DNA from: Actinomycetota bacterium
Lineage (GTDB): Bacteria; Actinomycetota; Actinomycetes; Nanopelagicales; Nanopelagicaceae
DNA: 64,000 nt
Direction of reading: 5' to 3'
NCBI GenBank assembly: GCA_041169865.1
Contig: JBEEIL010000056.1
Span: 1,141-65,140, forward strand
Part shown: positions 9,759 to 20,703 of the stretch, in pieces
Numbering within the stretch: the first letter of the stretch is position 1
How the letters are laid out: each line of letters begins with the position of its first letter
Translations under genes and position numbers: made by a program
Notes under the pieces: model-generated
Told to the model about the DNA's origin: nothing
The model's database searches: none
The model's input: the letters and a program-made list of their open reading frames with translations, nothing else

Positions 9759-10612
9759 AGAGAGAACACATCAGGCTCGCACTTCTGACAGCGCTTGAAC
9801 CCGGAACCGATTACTGGGCTCGCGAAATTGAAAAGTTTGGTGTTGAAGAAGTGCATGCAGGGTTACTTGCTGGCAGATATGACCCCATTAAATTTTGCCG
9901 CGCTGTTGAAAAGTTACAGAGCTTCAATATTGATACCGAACTACAGAAAATCTCATCAGCAGGCGCATATCTTCTGACTCCGGAAGACCAGGCTTGGCCT
10001 CATCAATTGGATGAACTTGAAGCTCCACCGATTGCGCTCTTTATCAAGGGAAAGCTAGGAGATTTTTCAACACCTTCTCTTGCCATAGTTGGAACACGCA
10101 ATCCCACACCGTACGGAATTCGCATTGCGGGTGACTTTGCAGCAGGTTTTGTTGATCGCGAATGGGACATCGTCAGTGGGGGAGCTTACGGAATTGATTC
10201 TGCAGCACATCGTGGCGCCTTGGTTGCAGAAGGCAGAACCATTGCTGTTATCGCTTCAGGAATAGATTCTCCTTACCCTTCTGGAAATTCTCGCCTCTTC
10301 GATGAAATCTGCGAAGACGGCGCCATCATCAGCGAAGTTGCACCTGGCGTTCCAGCTCTTCCACACAGATTTCTCACGCGCAATCGCATCATCGCAGCGC
10401 TCTCACAGTGCACTCTGGTGGTGGAAGCTGCTTTTCGTAGCGGCTCGCTTCGTACTGCGCGCGATGCTGCGCAATTGCTACGTCCGGTAATGGCAATTCC
10501 AGGTCCAATCAATTCGCCTTCTTCAGAAGGCTGTCATCGCCTCATTGGTGAAAGAGCAGCAGAGATTGTCACCTCAATCGCTGATGCACATGAACTGATT
10601 TCTGCTCTTTAG
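9755..10612 (+). CDS. dprA: DNA-processing protein DprA (short form)
   Basis: AIVGTR, VSGGAYGIDSAAH, RNRIIAALS and VVEAAFRSGSL. Confidence 0.92.
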   Translation: MKREHIRLALLTALEPGTDYWAREIEKFGVEEVHAGLLAGRYDPIKFCRAVEKLQSFNIDTELQKISSAGAYLLTPEDQAWPHQLDELEAPPIALFIKGKLGDFSTPSLAIVGTRNPTPYGIRIAGDFAAGFVDREWDIVSGGAYGIDSAAHRGALVAEGRTIAVIASGIDSPYPSGNSRLFDEICEDGAIISEVAPGVPALPHRFLTRNRIIAALSQCTLVVEAAFRSGSLRTARDAAQLLRPVMAIPGPINSPSSEGCHRLIGERAAEIVTSIADAHELISAL

Positions 10613-10645
10613 GTACTTTAACTCTTGTAATGAGAGAATAGGAGT

Positions 10646-11563
10646 ATGAGTGATTTCCGTTCTGGGTTTGTTGCCATTGTCGGCCGCCCAAATACTGGAA
10701 AATCAACTCTGATCAATGCCCTCGTCGGTAGCAAAATTGCCATAACATCACCGCACCCCAATACGACTCGACATGCCATTCGGGGCATCGTCAACACTGA
10801 ACATTTTCAAGCTGTATTGGTTGATACGCCTGGTACCCATAAGCCAAAAACTCTCTTGGGATATCGCCTTAATTCTGTAGTCAACGAAAGTTTAGATTCG
10901 GTCGATATTGTCATGATGTGCCTACCCGCCGATGAGGTATCTGGAGCGGGGGATACTTTTCTAGCCGCAGAGATTGCAAAGTATCCTCGCGCGAAAAAAT
11001 TTGCGCTCGTTACCAAGACTGATTTAGTTTCAAAGAAGAATTTGGCAGCCCGACTACTTGGTGTCAACGAATTGGCGCAAGGTTTCACATGGGATGAAAT
11101 TGTTCCGATTTCAGCTGCCATCCACGATCAAATTGACCTGCTCGAAGGACTTATCGGCCAGGCTCTACCTGTTGGACCAGCTTTCTATCCGACGGATATG
11201 AGGAGCGATCAAAGCGTTGAACAACTTATCTGCGAATTAATCCGTGAAGCAGCGCTGCGCGATGCTCGCGAAGAACTTCCACACTCAATCATGGTCACAA
11301 TTGACGAAATGTCTGAACGTGACGAAAAGGGAAGTCGTCCATTCTTTGATATCCATGCCACAATCCATGTTGAACGTGACTCACAAACTGGAATCTTATT
11401 GGGACATAAAGGGGAGCGCTTGAAAGATATTGGCACTCGCGCCCGCAAAGATATTGAACGAGAACTTGGAGCTCGAATTTTCTTAGGACTTCACGTAAAA
11501 GTTTCCAAAGAATGGCAACGTGACCCTAAGTTGCTCGAACGTCTTGGTTTTACTGAGCGCTAA
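10646..11563 (+). CDS. era: GTPase Era
   Basis: GRPNTGKST, DTPG and TKTD; C-terminal KH domain (ELPHS, GHKGERLK). Confidence 0.95.
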   Translation: MSDFRSGFVAIVGRPNTGKSTLINALVGSKIAITSPHPNTTRHAIRGIVNTEHFQAVLVDTPGTHKPKTLLGYRLNSVVNESLDSVDIVMMCLPADEVSGAGDTFLAAEIAKYPRAKKFALVTKTDLVSKKNLAARLLGVNELAQGFTWDEIVPISAAIHDQIDLLEGLIGQALPVGPAFYPTDMRSDQSVEQLICELIREAALRDAREELPHSIMVTIDEMSERDEKGSRPFFDIHATIHVERDSQTGILLGHKGERLKDIGTRARKDIERELGARIFLGLHVKVSKEWQRDPKLLERLGFTER

Positions 11564-12359
11564 TCGCGCCGGTTGCCAGTGCAATTAAAAGCGCAGTTCC
11601 CAAGATAACCCGATAAATCACAAACGGCGCGAAGCTCTTTGTGGCGATAAATTTCATGAGCCAAGCGATTACTGCATAGCCCACGAAGAACGCCGTCACC
11701 GTTGCTACAAAAATCTCAGGAAGCGAGTAAACCGAAGAGGCGTTCTCAGTTATCGCAGCTTGTAATTGGAAGAGGCCGCTTCCGAAGACAGCCGGCAGCG
11801 CCAATAAAAATGAGTAACGAAGAGCGGCTTCTCGTTTGTAACCGAGGAGTCGACCGAGAGCAATAGTTGCACCTGAGCGTGAAACGCCAGGAATAAGAGC
11901 AAGTGATTGCGCCAAGCCGTAGGCAATTCCATCGCGAGCGCTGAGTTGGTTGAGCAGCTTTTCATTTCGTCCAATGCGATCTGCTAAGCCAAGAATGAGT
12001 CCAAAGAGAATGAGGGTGGTAGCGACCAACCAGAGCGATCTAAAGTTGTTGGTGATGTAATCCTCACCAAAGTAACCAAGAATTACAATTGGAAGAGATC
12101 CAATAATGATGAGATTACCGAGTCGAGCTTCAGCAGACCCATCTCGTGTGAGCCACGCTTTTGCAATTGCCACAATATCTCGCCGGAAGTAAATCAATAC
12201 CGCCAGCTCAGTGCCAATTTGCGATATTGCAGTGAAAGCTGCCCCGGGATCTTTTGCTCCTGGAAGGAACTCGCCTGCAATACGAATATGTGCGCTTGAA
12301 GATATTGGCAAAAATTCTGTGAGTCCCTGGATTAGACCAAGGAAGATGGCTTCAAGCAT
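11550..12359 (-). CDS. uppP: Undecaprenyl-diphosphatase
   Basis: QGLTEFLPISSSAH and PGVSRSG motifs. Confidence 0.95.
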   Translation of the reverse strand: MLEAIFLGLIQGLTEFLPISSSAHIRIAGEFLPGAKDPGAAFTAISQIGTELAVLIYFRRDIVAIAKAWLTRDGSAEARLGNLIIIGSLPIVILGYFGEDYITNNFRSLWLVATTLILFGLILGLADRIGRNEKLLNQLSARDGIAYGLAQSLALIPGVSRSGATIALGRLLGYKREAALRYSFLLALPAVFGSGLFQLQAAITENASSVYSLPEIFVATVTAFFVGYAVIAWLMKFIATKSFAPFVIYRVILGTALLIALATGAISAQ

Positions 12360-12371
12360 GGGTGAAGTATC

Positions 12372-13253
12372 TCAACTTTGCACAGTAGTGGGCTTTCGGC
12401 TCGCAAGATACGAACCAATTAATACAAGCGGTAGCCCAATAATTATTCCAAAGGTAAGTGGTTCATTTAAAATGATGATTCCCAAAACCACGGCAAAAGC
12501 AGTGTTGAGATAGGTAACCAAAGATCCGCGCGCAACACCAATAATCGAGGCAAGCGCAAAGAATGCAACGAAGGCCGCACCAGTTGAAAGAACCCCTAAG
12601 CCGATAACGGCCCCAATTGCCTCCTGCGAAATCTCGTGCGTTGGCCATTGAATTACGGTAAATGGCAGATAGAAGAGCGCAGTCATCGCCATAGCAACAG
12701 CGTTAATGGCAATCCCAGAAACATGTGGAAGTGCTCCTTGCACCATCATTACCGCGTAGGAATATCCAATTGAGGCGACTAAGACCATGGCAATTGAAAG
12801 CGGATCAGCAGATCCAGTGATGCTCTCAATACCAACAACGGCAATTAATCCAATAAATCCAAGAACCATTCCGATTAAACGAGTGTGATGCCATACGGTT
12901 TTATCCCCGCGCATAGAGGCAAAAATAGTTGCCCAGATTGGAACTGAAGCAACTAGTAATCCTGCTAAACCAGATGAGATCTTCTGTTCGGCTGTTCCAA
13001 TCAGAATCCATGGACCTATCATTTCTAAGAGCGCATAAAGTGCAACATACTTGATCCCCTTTATTGAAGGTATCAACTGTCTCTGTTTGATTGCTAGTGG
13101 CAGAAGTATTGCGGCGCCGATTGCAGTGCGAAGGAATACGACCGTGGCAGGGGAGAATCCATTTTCTGGATCAACTGCAACTTTAATGAAGAGATATGGA
13201 ATACCCCAAAGGAATCCGACGAGAATAAAGAGGAACCAACCACGACGTGACAT
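12372..13253 (-). CDS. EamA/DMT family transporter
   Basis: About 10 hydrophobic segments; LWGIPYLFIK; two EamA-like halves. Confidence 0.85.
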   Translation of the reverse strand: MSRRGWFLFILVGFLWGIPYLFIKVAVDPENGFSPATVVFLRTAIGAAILLPLAIKQRQLIPSIKGIKYVALYALLEMIGPWILIGTAEQKISSGLAGLLVASVPIWATIFASMRGDKTVWHHTRLIGMVLGFIGLIAVVGIESITGSADPLSIAMVLVASIGYSYAVMMVQGALPHVSGIAINAVAMAMTALFYLPFTVIQWPTHEISQEAIGAVIGLGVLSTGAAFVAFFALASIIGVARGSLVTYLNTAFAVVLGIIILNEPLTFGIIIGLPLVLIGSYLASRKPTTVQS

Positions 13254-14417
13254 TTAGGCGATGACGCTCCTATACAAATTAACAGTCTGTGCAGCAACTG
13301 CGTCCCAACCGAATTGGCTCTGAGCTCGAGCGCGCCCTGCTTTTCCATACTGTTCAAGTAGAGCAGGATTTGCCATCAACTCTGAAATCGCCTGACCCAA
13401 TGAAGATTCAAAGCTTGCGTGATCTTCTGTGTAATCAACCAGCACACCAGTCTCGCGATCTGCGACTACTTCTGGAATTCCTCCTACACGTGATGCCAAA
13501 ACTGCGGTCTCGCATCCCATTGCTTCCAAATTCACGATTCCCAGTGGTTCATAAATGGAAGGACATAAGAAGAGATCAGCTTGCGTGAGAGCTGCCGTTA
13601 ACTTGTGATGGGGAAGCATCTCTTTAATCCACCAAACGTTGGGACGCGTTGCCTGAAGTTCGGCGATAAGTGCTGCAACTTCATTTCCAATAGTCTCTTC
13701 ATCAGGACTGCCGGCTGCAAGGACTAAGCCATATTCTGCTGGAACCTTTTTCCAAGCACGAAGCAGGTGAGCCAATCCCTTCTGACGAGTAATTCGCCCA
13801 ACAAACATGGCATATCGTCCTGTGATACCAAACTCTTCCAACACTGCAGCGTCATAATTTGGCGCGAACTTAGCGGTGTCCACGCCATTGCGAATTGTGA
13901 CAACTTTTCTAGGATCTACTTCTGGATATGCTTTCAAAACATCACTGCGCATACCATCGCTGACTGCAATGATTGCCGCTGCTGCTTCATATGCAGTTTT
14001 CTCAGCCCACGAAGAAATTTGGTAACCACCACCGAGCTGCTCAGCTTTCCAGGGACGTAGTGGCTCAAGGGAATGAGCGCTGACGATGTGTGGCTTTCCG
14101 TAAAGCAACGATGCAGTATGGCCTGCCATGTTGGCATACCAAGTGTGCGTATGAATGACATCGACGTTCTGTAGATTGTGGGCGATCAGCAAATCGGTTG
14201 CAATCGCTTGTAACGCTGGGTTGGCATCTAAAAATTCTGTAGGAGTGTCGTAACCAAATGCTCCATCTGTGCGAGTACCGCCAAAGCAGTGAACCTCAAC
14301 ATCGATACCTGAAATTTGGCGAAGCGCGTGGGTTAACTGAACTACGTGAACTCCGGCGCCACCATAGACTGCTGGAGGCCACTCTTTGGTGACGATTCCA
14401 ATACGAGTAGCGCTCAC
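13254..14417 (-). CDS. glgA: GT4 glycogen synthase / alpha-maltose-1-phosphate synthase (GlgA/GlgM type)
   Basis: EWPPAVYGGAGVHV, HTHTWYA and YEPLGIVNLEAM; divergent from glgC. Start re-assigned to GTG 14417. Confidence 0.9.
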   Translation of the reverse strand: MSATRIGIVTKEWPPAVYGGAGVHVVQLTHALRQISGIDVEVHCFGGTRTDGAFGYDTPTEFLDANPALQAIATDLLIAHNLQNVDVIHTHTWYANMAGHTASLLYGKPHIVSAHSLEPLRPWKAEQLGGGYQISSWAEKTAYEAAAAIIAVSDGMRSDVLKAYPEVDPRKVVTIRNGVDTAKFAPNYDAAVLEEFGITGRYAMFVGRITRQKGLAHLLRAWKKVPAEYGLVLAAGSPDEETIGNEVAALIAELQATRPNVWWIKEMLPHHKLTAALTQADLFLCPSIYEPLGIVNLEAMGCETAVLASRVGGIPEVVADRETGVLVDYTEDHASFESSLGQAISELMANPALLEQYGKAGRARAQSQFGWDAVAAQTVNLYRSVIA

Positions 14418-14475
14418 ATGCCAAGAGTATCGCTTGGCTCTAGTGAGAAAGTTCCATCTTAGGTAGCCTTCTTCC

Positions 14476-15699
14476 ATGGCCCGCTATGAAACTCCACTTG
14501 GAATTGTTCTTGCGGGCGGAGAAGGTAAGCGATTAATGCCACTAACGGCAGATCGCGCAAAACCGGCGGTTCCATTTGGTGGTTCTTATCGCCTGATTGA
14601 TTTCGTGCTCTCCAATTTGGTCAATGGTGGAATGCGAAAGGTCGCAGTTCTCACGCAGTACAAATCTCATTCGCTAGACCGCCACATCACCACAACGTGG
14701 CGCATGTCGACCTTGCTCTCGAATTACATCACGCCCGTGCCTGCACAACAGCGCCTCGGTCCTCGTTGGTACACCGGCTCAGCAGATGCGATATTGCAGA
14801 ACTTCAATTTAATTCAAGATGAGAATCCAAAACATGTCTTGGTCTTTGGCGCAGATCACGTTTATCGCATGGATCCCAGCCAAATGTTCGAGCAACATCT
14901 CGAGACTGGAGCAGGAATCACAATTGCGGCAATTCGCATGCCGCGATCTGAGGCGCATGAATTCGGTGTTATCGAATTAGCAGATGATGGAATCACCATT
15001 AAAGCTTTTCATGAAAAGCCTTCTAACCCGCCTGCTATGCCAGGACACCCCGATCTCTGCCTTGTATCTATGGGCAATTACATTTTCAAGCGCGATGTAA
15101 TGGAAGAAGCTCTCATACTTGATTCAGAAGATGTAGAGTCGCGTCACGATCTTGGCGGAAATATTATTCCGATGCTGACCAACGCAGGACAGGCAAAAGT
15201 TTATGACTTTGCAAATAACGTCGTCCCAGGGGCAACAGATCGAGATAAAGGCTACTGGCGCGACGTAGGTTCTATTGATGCTTACTACGACGCTCATATG
15301 GATTTGGTTTCGATTCATCCGATTTTTAATCTCTACAACCGTGAATGGCCGCTGCTTACCAATCCACCTTCGCTTCCACCAGCTAAATTCAGCGCGAATG
15401 GAATCGCTCAGGATTCCATCGTGGGGGCCGGTTCAATTATTGCGGGTGGACATGTAAATCACACCGTGACTTCATACGACGTACACGTGGGCGCTGGCGC
15501 TTTTGTAGACGGTGCAGTCTTAATGCCGGGCGTGAAAATTGGTGATCGCGCAGTCATTCGTAAGGCAATCATCGATAAGAGCGTCATTGTTGAACCTGGC
15601 GCTCAGATTGGTGTTGATCTAGAACGAGATCGCCAACGATTTACTGTTACCGATAGCGGCATTGTTGTAGTCGGTAAAGGCGCAATCGTTACTGCGTAA
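14476..15699 (+). CDS. glgC: Glucose-1-phosphate adenylyltransferase
   Basis: [32 protein letters not shown] and YWRDVG. Confidence 0.96.
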   Translation: MARYETPLGIVLAGGEGKRLMPLTADRAKPAVPFGGSYRLIDFVLSNLVNGGMRKVAVLTQYKSHSLDRHITTTWRMSTLLSNYITPVPAQQRLGPRWYTGSADAILQNFNLIQDENPKHVLVFGADHVYRMDPSQMFEQHLETGAGITIAAIRMPRSEAHEFGVIELADDGITIKAFHEKPSNPPAMPGHPDLCLVSMGNYIFKRDVMEEALILDSEDVESRHDLGGNIIPMLTNAGQAKVYDFANNVVPGATDRDKGYWRDVGSIDAYYDAHMDLVSIHPIFNLYNREWPLLTNPPSLPPAKFSANGIAQDSIVGAGSIIAGGHVNHTVTSYDVHVGAGAFVDGAVLMPGVKIGDRAVIRKAIIDKSVIVEPGAQIGVDLERDRQRFTVTDSGIVVVGKGAIVTA

Positions 15700-16612
15700 T
15701 CCTCACAACTTCTTCAGCTACAAAATCTATAGCACGAGCCGCGGTAGGCGTGAGCGCTACATTGGAAAAGAAGCCGTGAATCATTCCTTCAAAGCAACGA
15801 TAGCTCGTGGTTACTCCGTCGCGGCTTAACAGCTCTACATATTTCTCGCCATCACTTAAGAGCGGGTCATACTCGGCCGTGATAACGATTGCGGGAGCTA
15901 CTTTGGAAAAGGATTGTGCTCTGGCTGGAACCGCATATGGATTTTCGTGATGTTCGTTCTGTTGCAGATATTGCTCCCAAAACCATTGCATCGCTCTAGT
16001 CGATAGTCCATATCCTGTTGCATTCTCTCGATAGGAGACTGTCTCGAAATCTAAGTCATTGCAGGGATAGATAAGAATCTGAAAAGCTAGCGTTATTTCG
16101 TTATCACGAGCTTTGAGCGCGACTGCAGCAGCCAAATTTCCGCCGGCGCTATCGCCAGCAACTCCTAACTTTTCTGTATTCACACCAAGTAGCTCTGCAT
16201 TTGAAATTATCCAGAGAAGAGTGGCATAGCAATCATCAAAGGGCACGGGGAACGGGTGCTCGGGAGCTTTCTGATAGTTGACGCTAATAATTGTGGAGTT
16301 GCTCTGATTTGCTAATCGAGAAAGTGATGCATCATAAATATCTAGAAAGTTGAGCACCCAACCGCCGCCATGAAAATAGATGATGGTGCGTTCGGTATCT
16401 GCGCTAGGTCGATATATGCGAATAGGTAGATCTGCAGTTGGTCCAGGAATAAATCTGTTGCTGACTTCAAAGAGTGGTTCTGCAGGCCCTGCTAGCGCTG
16501 GTCTGGTCTGAGTATTTCGCCGCAATATTTCAACCGGCGCTTCCCACACTTGAGGTAGACCTGCTGCGGCGCTAGCTTCAAGAAATGCTTGAATCTCTGG
16601 AGCAAGAGGCAT
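15689..16612 (-). CDS. Alpha/beta hydrolase (HSL-family esterase)
   Basis: HGGGW oxyanion motif, GDSAGG nucleophile elbow, D and HGF catalytic residues. Confidence 0.9.
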   Translation of the reverse strand: MPLAPEIQAFLEASAAAGLPQVWEAPVEILRRNTQTRPALAGPAEPLFEVSNRFIPGPTADLPIRIYRPSADTERTIIYFHGGGWVLNFLDIYDASLSRLANQSNSTIISVNYQKAPEHPFPVPFDDCYATLLWIISNAELLGVNTEKLGVAGDSAGGNLAAAVALKARDNEITLAFQILIYPCNDLDFETVSYRENATGYGLSTRAMQWFWEQYLQQNEHHENPYAVPARAQSFSKVAPAIVITAEYDPLLSDGEKYVELLSRDGVTTSYRCFEGMIHGFFSNVALTPTAARAIDFVAEEVVRITQ

Positions 16613-16624
16613 AGCAATATTGAA

Positions 16625-18133
16625 TCAGAGTTCTCCGCGAGAGAGAAGGTCGAGAACTTCTTGCGCACGCTCTTTCGTCTCTGCTAAATCGCTTAGGCGA
16701 TTGATTCCAGCTAGTTGCTGAGCCATACGATGGTTCTTGGCAAACCGATCTCGATTACGAGATAAGAAATCCCAATACAGAGTTGTAAATGGGCAGGCAT
16801 CTTCTCCAACTCGCTTTTTTGGATCGAAAGCGCAGCTCTTGCAGTAGTTACTCATTTTCGAGATGTATGCGCCACCAGAGGCATATGGTTTAGTCGCTAA
16901 CTTTCCACCATCGGCGTGCAAACTCATTCCGATGACATTTGGGACCATAACCCAGTCAGCTGCATCAATAAATGCTCGTCGCATCCAGTCCAGAAACTCT
17001 TGCGGAGAAGTCCCAGTAATCAAGGCTAAGTTGCTTAGAACCATCAGACGTGGAATGTGATGTACCCAGGCGCGTGAGTGAATATCTTCAACGGTGGTAG
17101 CTACGCACTTCATCTCCGTTTTACTCGAATCTTCAAAGAGCGGCAGTAAGGGGCGGTTAGCTGCTAAAGAATTTTCATGGCGGTATAGATCACCGAAAAA
17201 CCAATAAAGGCCATTGATATATTCGCGCCAACCAATAATCTGTCGGATAAATCCTTCGGCACCAGCTAAAGGAATGTCACCGCCCTTAAATCTTTTAAGA
17301 GCAGCTTCGATGACTTCTTCTGCATGCAAGAGCCCTACATTGAGATAAGGGCTCAGTAATGAGTGATTGACAGCCCAACTTTCCGTCGTCATGGCATCTT
17401 CGTATGCACCAAATTCATCGAAGCAGTGCGTTAAGAAGTGATCTAACTGTTGGAGTGCGGCCTGGCGAGTGGTGCCCCATGTGCTGTCGGGAAGTTTCCC
17501 AAAGACTGGAAGCTTGCGATCTTTTATCTCTTGCAATACCCGCTCATCAATCGCATCACGAGAATGTTGAAGATAGGCAGGCCATCTGTGTTCGCCTTTA
17601 GGAGGCGGCAAGCGATTGTCCGCGTCGTAATTCCATTTTCCACCGATTGGCTCGGCCCCTTCCATCAAGATGTTGAGTCTTAATCTCTGAGCGCGATAGA
17701 AATTCTCCATCACCAATGTCTTTTGCGCGCTTGCCCATTGAGAAAAGAGTGGTCGGGGAGTAAGAAAGAAATCGTTGGGATGAAGGGTTATGCCAAGTTC
17801 TTGAAATTGTTTGAGCTGGCGATGCGATGATGGTTCGGTAGCGACAATATGGCTATCTGGATTTGCGAGGCGATACTGAGCTATTCCGGCAGGAGTATCG
17901 GGACTGCGAATGAGCTCCACTTCAAATCCTTCAGCAACGAGGTCTTGCAAGAAGTGATCACGGGCTGAAATCAAAAAGAAGAGTCTTTGGACATGCCAAC
18001 TTCGAGTCGTGAGCATCCGCTCACTTTCGACAACGAGAACTCGGTGAGTAGCAGGAGTTGCATTCTTGAGGGCGCCGTAATGGCGATGCAAATGATCGTT
18101 AAGAAGAAGAATTGTTTCTTTGGGAGCTACCAA
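16625..18133 (-). CDS. FeS-BCP cryptochrome / (6-4) photolyase (PhrB/CryB type)
   Basis: MENFYR, GGKWNYDADNR, HSLLSPYLN, EGFIRQIIGWRE and HHIPRLMV; four Cys (MKC, YCKSC, ACPF) for a 4Fe-4S cluster. Confidence 0.9.
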   Translation of the reverse strand: MVAPKETILLLNDHLHRHYGALKNATPATHRVLVVESERMLTTRSWHVQRLFFLISARDHFLQDLVAEGFEVELIRSPDTPAGIAQYRLANPDSHIVATEPSSHRQLKQFQELGITLHPNDFFLTPRPLFSQWASAQKTLVMENFYRAQRLRLNILMEGAEPIGGKWNYDADNRLPPPKGEHRWPAYLQHSRDAIDERVLQEIKDRKLPVFGKLPDSTWGTTRQAALQQLDHFLTHCFDEFGAYEDAMTTESWAVNHSLLSPYLNVGLLHAEEVIEAALKRFKGGDIPLAGAEGFIRQIIGWREYINGLYWFFGDLYRHENSLAANRPLLPLFEDSSKTEMKCVATTVEDIHSRAWVHHIPRLMVLSNLALITGTSPQEFLDWMRRAFIDAADWVMVPNVIGMSLHADGGKLATKPYASGGAYISKMSNYCKSCAFDPKKRVGEDACPFTTLYWDFLSRNRDRFAKNHRMAQQLAGINRLSDLAETKERAQEVLDLLSRGEL

Positions 18134-19551
18134 GATTGCGTTCTATCTCGCAGTGAACGATATTGCGCAACCACTTCAGGGGTTGCCGCGGCATTTGCAG
18201 AGTGAACCGGACCTAAATTCCATTGCGGAGCTTTCTCTGTTCCAAGGAGAGCCCACGCTGCTTGGCGCGCTGCACCATCTGCAACATATTCACCAGGTTC
18301 TGGCACGAGAACTTCACGGCCAAAGAGCGCTGAAGCAATCGATGAAATCGCCGGATTCTTTGCCGCCCCGCCTATAAGCAGTACGCGTTTTACATCAACA
18401 CCCAACTGCACTAGTGCATCTACGGCATCAACTAGCCCACACAACATTCCTTCAATCATGGCGCGTGCAATATTTTCGGGGTTGGAATTACTCAAATTCA
18501 TCCCCGCAAAGACTCCCTTTGCATGTGGACGATTTGGTGTTCGTTCTCCTTCAAAATATGGAAGCAGGGTTAAGCCTTGCGCTCCAGGTTGCGCAGTCAG
18601 TGCCAATTGGCCGACTTCATCATGGTTCTTACCCAGTATGCGAGTTGCTGCATCAAGAATTCGTGCGGCGTTCAGTGTGCATACGAGTGGCAGATAGCGC
18701 CCAGTTGCATCAGCGAAACCAGCGACTGCGCCACTTGGATCATGTGTTGGCGTATCTGAGATCGCAAAAGCTGTACCGCTTGTGCCAAGTGAAACAACAA
18801 CATCGCCAGGTTCTGCTTGCACTCCCAGGGCTGCTGCTGCATTGTCGCCAGCGCCAGCTGCAATCGGAAGCCCTTTCAAAGTTTCACCACCAAATTGTGC
18901 AGGAGCCACGATACGTGGAGTGATGATTGAGCGCTCTGTACGAAGGGCAGAACTTAAGATGTCATCGCGATAGGTTGAAGTTACTGGATTGAAATATCCA
19001 GTACCAGAAGCATCGGATCTATCGGTAAAGAGAAGGTCAAAGTTTTTTCCACCTTGTAATTGCCACGATAACCAGTCATGAGGAAGGGCAACTGCAGCAA
19101 CGCGCGCAGCGCTTTCTTTTTCGTGATCTGCAAGCCATCGCAACTTAGATGCTGTGAATGCTGCAACTAACACAGAGCCGACTTCTTCAGCAGTTTTTGC
19201 CGGACCACCTAATTCTTGGTTGAGATCATCGGCTGCGGTAGCAGAACGCGTGTCATTCCATAAGAGCGCCGGCCTAATAACGTTACCTGATTCATCCAGC
19301 GTTACCATTCCGTGTTGCTGGCCACCGATTGAAATTGCACTGACATCATCCAATCCGCCTGCTGCGGAAATTGCGCTATCGAGCGCTGTCATCCAATGTG
19401 CTGGATCGACCTCGGTGCCGTCTGGGTGAGGGGCGCGACCTTGGCGAATTAACTCACCAGTATCTGCGTGACGAATCACAACTTTGACTGATTGCGTAGA
19501 AGAATCTACGCCCGCCACTAATTTTCCCGTTTGGTGGTCATGATTAGCCAT
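18127..19551 (-). CDS. xylB: Xylulokinase (FGGY family)
   Basis: GVDSSTQSVK, GQQHGMV, LWNDTR, DASGTG, GDNAAAALG, SLGTSG and GERTP. Confidence 0.87.
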   Translation of the reverse strand: MANHDHQTGKLVAGVDSSTQSVKVVIRHADTGELIRQGRAPHPDGTEVDPAHWMTALDSAISAAGGLDDVSAISIGGQQHGMVTLDESGNVIRPALLWNDTRSATAADDLNQELGGPAKTAEEVGSVLVAAFTASKLRWLADHEKESAARVAAVALPHDWLSWQLQGGKNFDLLFTDRSDASGTGYFNPVTSTYRDDILSSALRTERSIITPRIVAPAQFGGETLKGLPIAAGAGDNAAAALGVQAEPGDVVVSLGTSGTAFAISDTPTHDPSGAVAGFADATGRYLPLVCTLNAARILDAATRILGKNHDEVGQLALTAQPGAQGLTLLPYFEGERTPNRPHAKGVFAGMNLSNSNPENIARAMIEGMLCGLVDAVDALVQLGVDVKRVLLIGGAAKNPAISSIASALFGREVLVPEPGEYVADGAARQAAWALLGTEKAPQWNLGPVHSANAAATPEVVAQYRSLRDRTQSW

Positions 19552-19635
19552 GGGCAAAGGCTAGACTGTGCCAGTCAGTGTTGACCACAGCAGGCTTAAT
19601 TACAGCCAAAACTCACTTTATTTTGGAGCGTTGCA

Positions 19636-20661
19636 ATGCGTATTGGAATTCTTACTGGTGGCGGAGACTGCCCAGGACTCAACGGCGTAATTCGCGGAGT
19701 AGTCACAAAGGGAATCAAAGAGTACGGCTATGAATTCGTTGGATTCCGTGATGGCTGGAAGGGTCCACTTGAAGCGCTCACCATGCCACTAGACCTTGCA
19801 ACGGTGAAGCCAATTCTGGCTAAGGGTGGAACCATCCTTGGTTCATCACGTACCAATCCATTTAAGATTGAAAACGGCGTCGAAAAAATCAAGCAGAATC
19901 TTGCTGATCAGGGGATAGATGTTCTGATTGCAATTGGCGGCGAAGATACTCTGGGAGTTGCTACCAAACTGGATGCGCTAGGCGTCAAAGTCGTGGGAGT
20001 TCCTAAGACAATCGATAACGATCTCAATAACACCGACTTTACCTTTGGCTTTGACACATCAGTAAATATTGCTATGGAGGCAATTGATCGTCTTCATACA
20101 ACTGCAGAATCGCATCACCGACCACTCATCGTTGAAGTTATGGGTCGCCATGCTGGGTGGATTGCACTGCATTCAGGACTTGCTGGAGATGCCGCCTGCA
20201 TCTTGATTCCGGAAGTTAAGTTCTCGGTCGACAAGGTCTGCGAATATGTGAATTCTCGCTTTAAGACAGGAACAGCTCCCATCATTGTGATTGCAGAAGG
20301 TGCGATTCCACAAGATGGCGACATGGTCATAAAAGATCAGCCACTCGATGCTTTCGGACACGTCCAACTATCCGGAATCGGTGACTGGCTTGCCAAAGAG
20401 ATTGAGGCAAAGACAGGCCATCAAACACGTTGCACAGTGCTTGGGCATATTCAGCGTGGTGGAACTCCATCAGCCTTTGATCGCGTTTTGAGCTCCCGCT
20501 TTGGATTGGAAGCAATTACTGCAGTCCACGAAGGTGATTTCGGCAAGATGATGGCGCTACATGGAACCAAGATCGCTCGAGTGCCTCTTGCATCAGCGAC
20601 CGATGTTCTTAAGACCGTCCCAATCGAGCGCTACGAGGAGATCACTTCGTTCTTTGGTTAA
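19636..20661 (+). CDS. pfkA: 6-phosphofructokinase
   Basis: TGGGDCPGLN, GGTILGSSR, GGEDT, PKTIDND and EVMGR. Confidence 0.95.
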   Translation: MRIGILTGGGDCPGLNGVIRGVVTKGIKEYGYEFVGFRDGWKGPLEALTMPLDLATVKPILAKGGTILGSSRTNPFKIENGVEKIKQNLADQGIDVLIAIGGEDTLGVATKLDALGVKVVGVPKTIDNDLNNTDFTFGFDTSVNIAMEAIDRLHTTAESHHRPLIVEVMGRHAGWIALHSGLAGDAACILIPEVKFSVDKVCEYVNSRFKTGTAPIIVIAEGAIPQDGDMVIKDQPLDAFGHVQLSGIGDWLAKEIEAKTGHQTRCTVLGHIQRGGTPSAFDRVLSSRFGLEAITAVHEGDFGKMMALHGTKIARVPLASATDVLKTVPIERYEEITSFFG

Positions 20662-20703
20662 TCTCGTCGCGAGATTGCTGCCAAATTGCCTAGTCTTATG
20701 ACC

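Noticed and set aside
18414-18923. Long antisense ORFs (e.g. 169 aa here, 29428-29856, 52145-52573)
   Set aside because: They lie antisense to well-conserved genes and show no recognisable motifs
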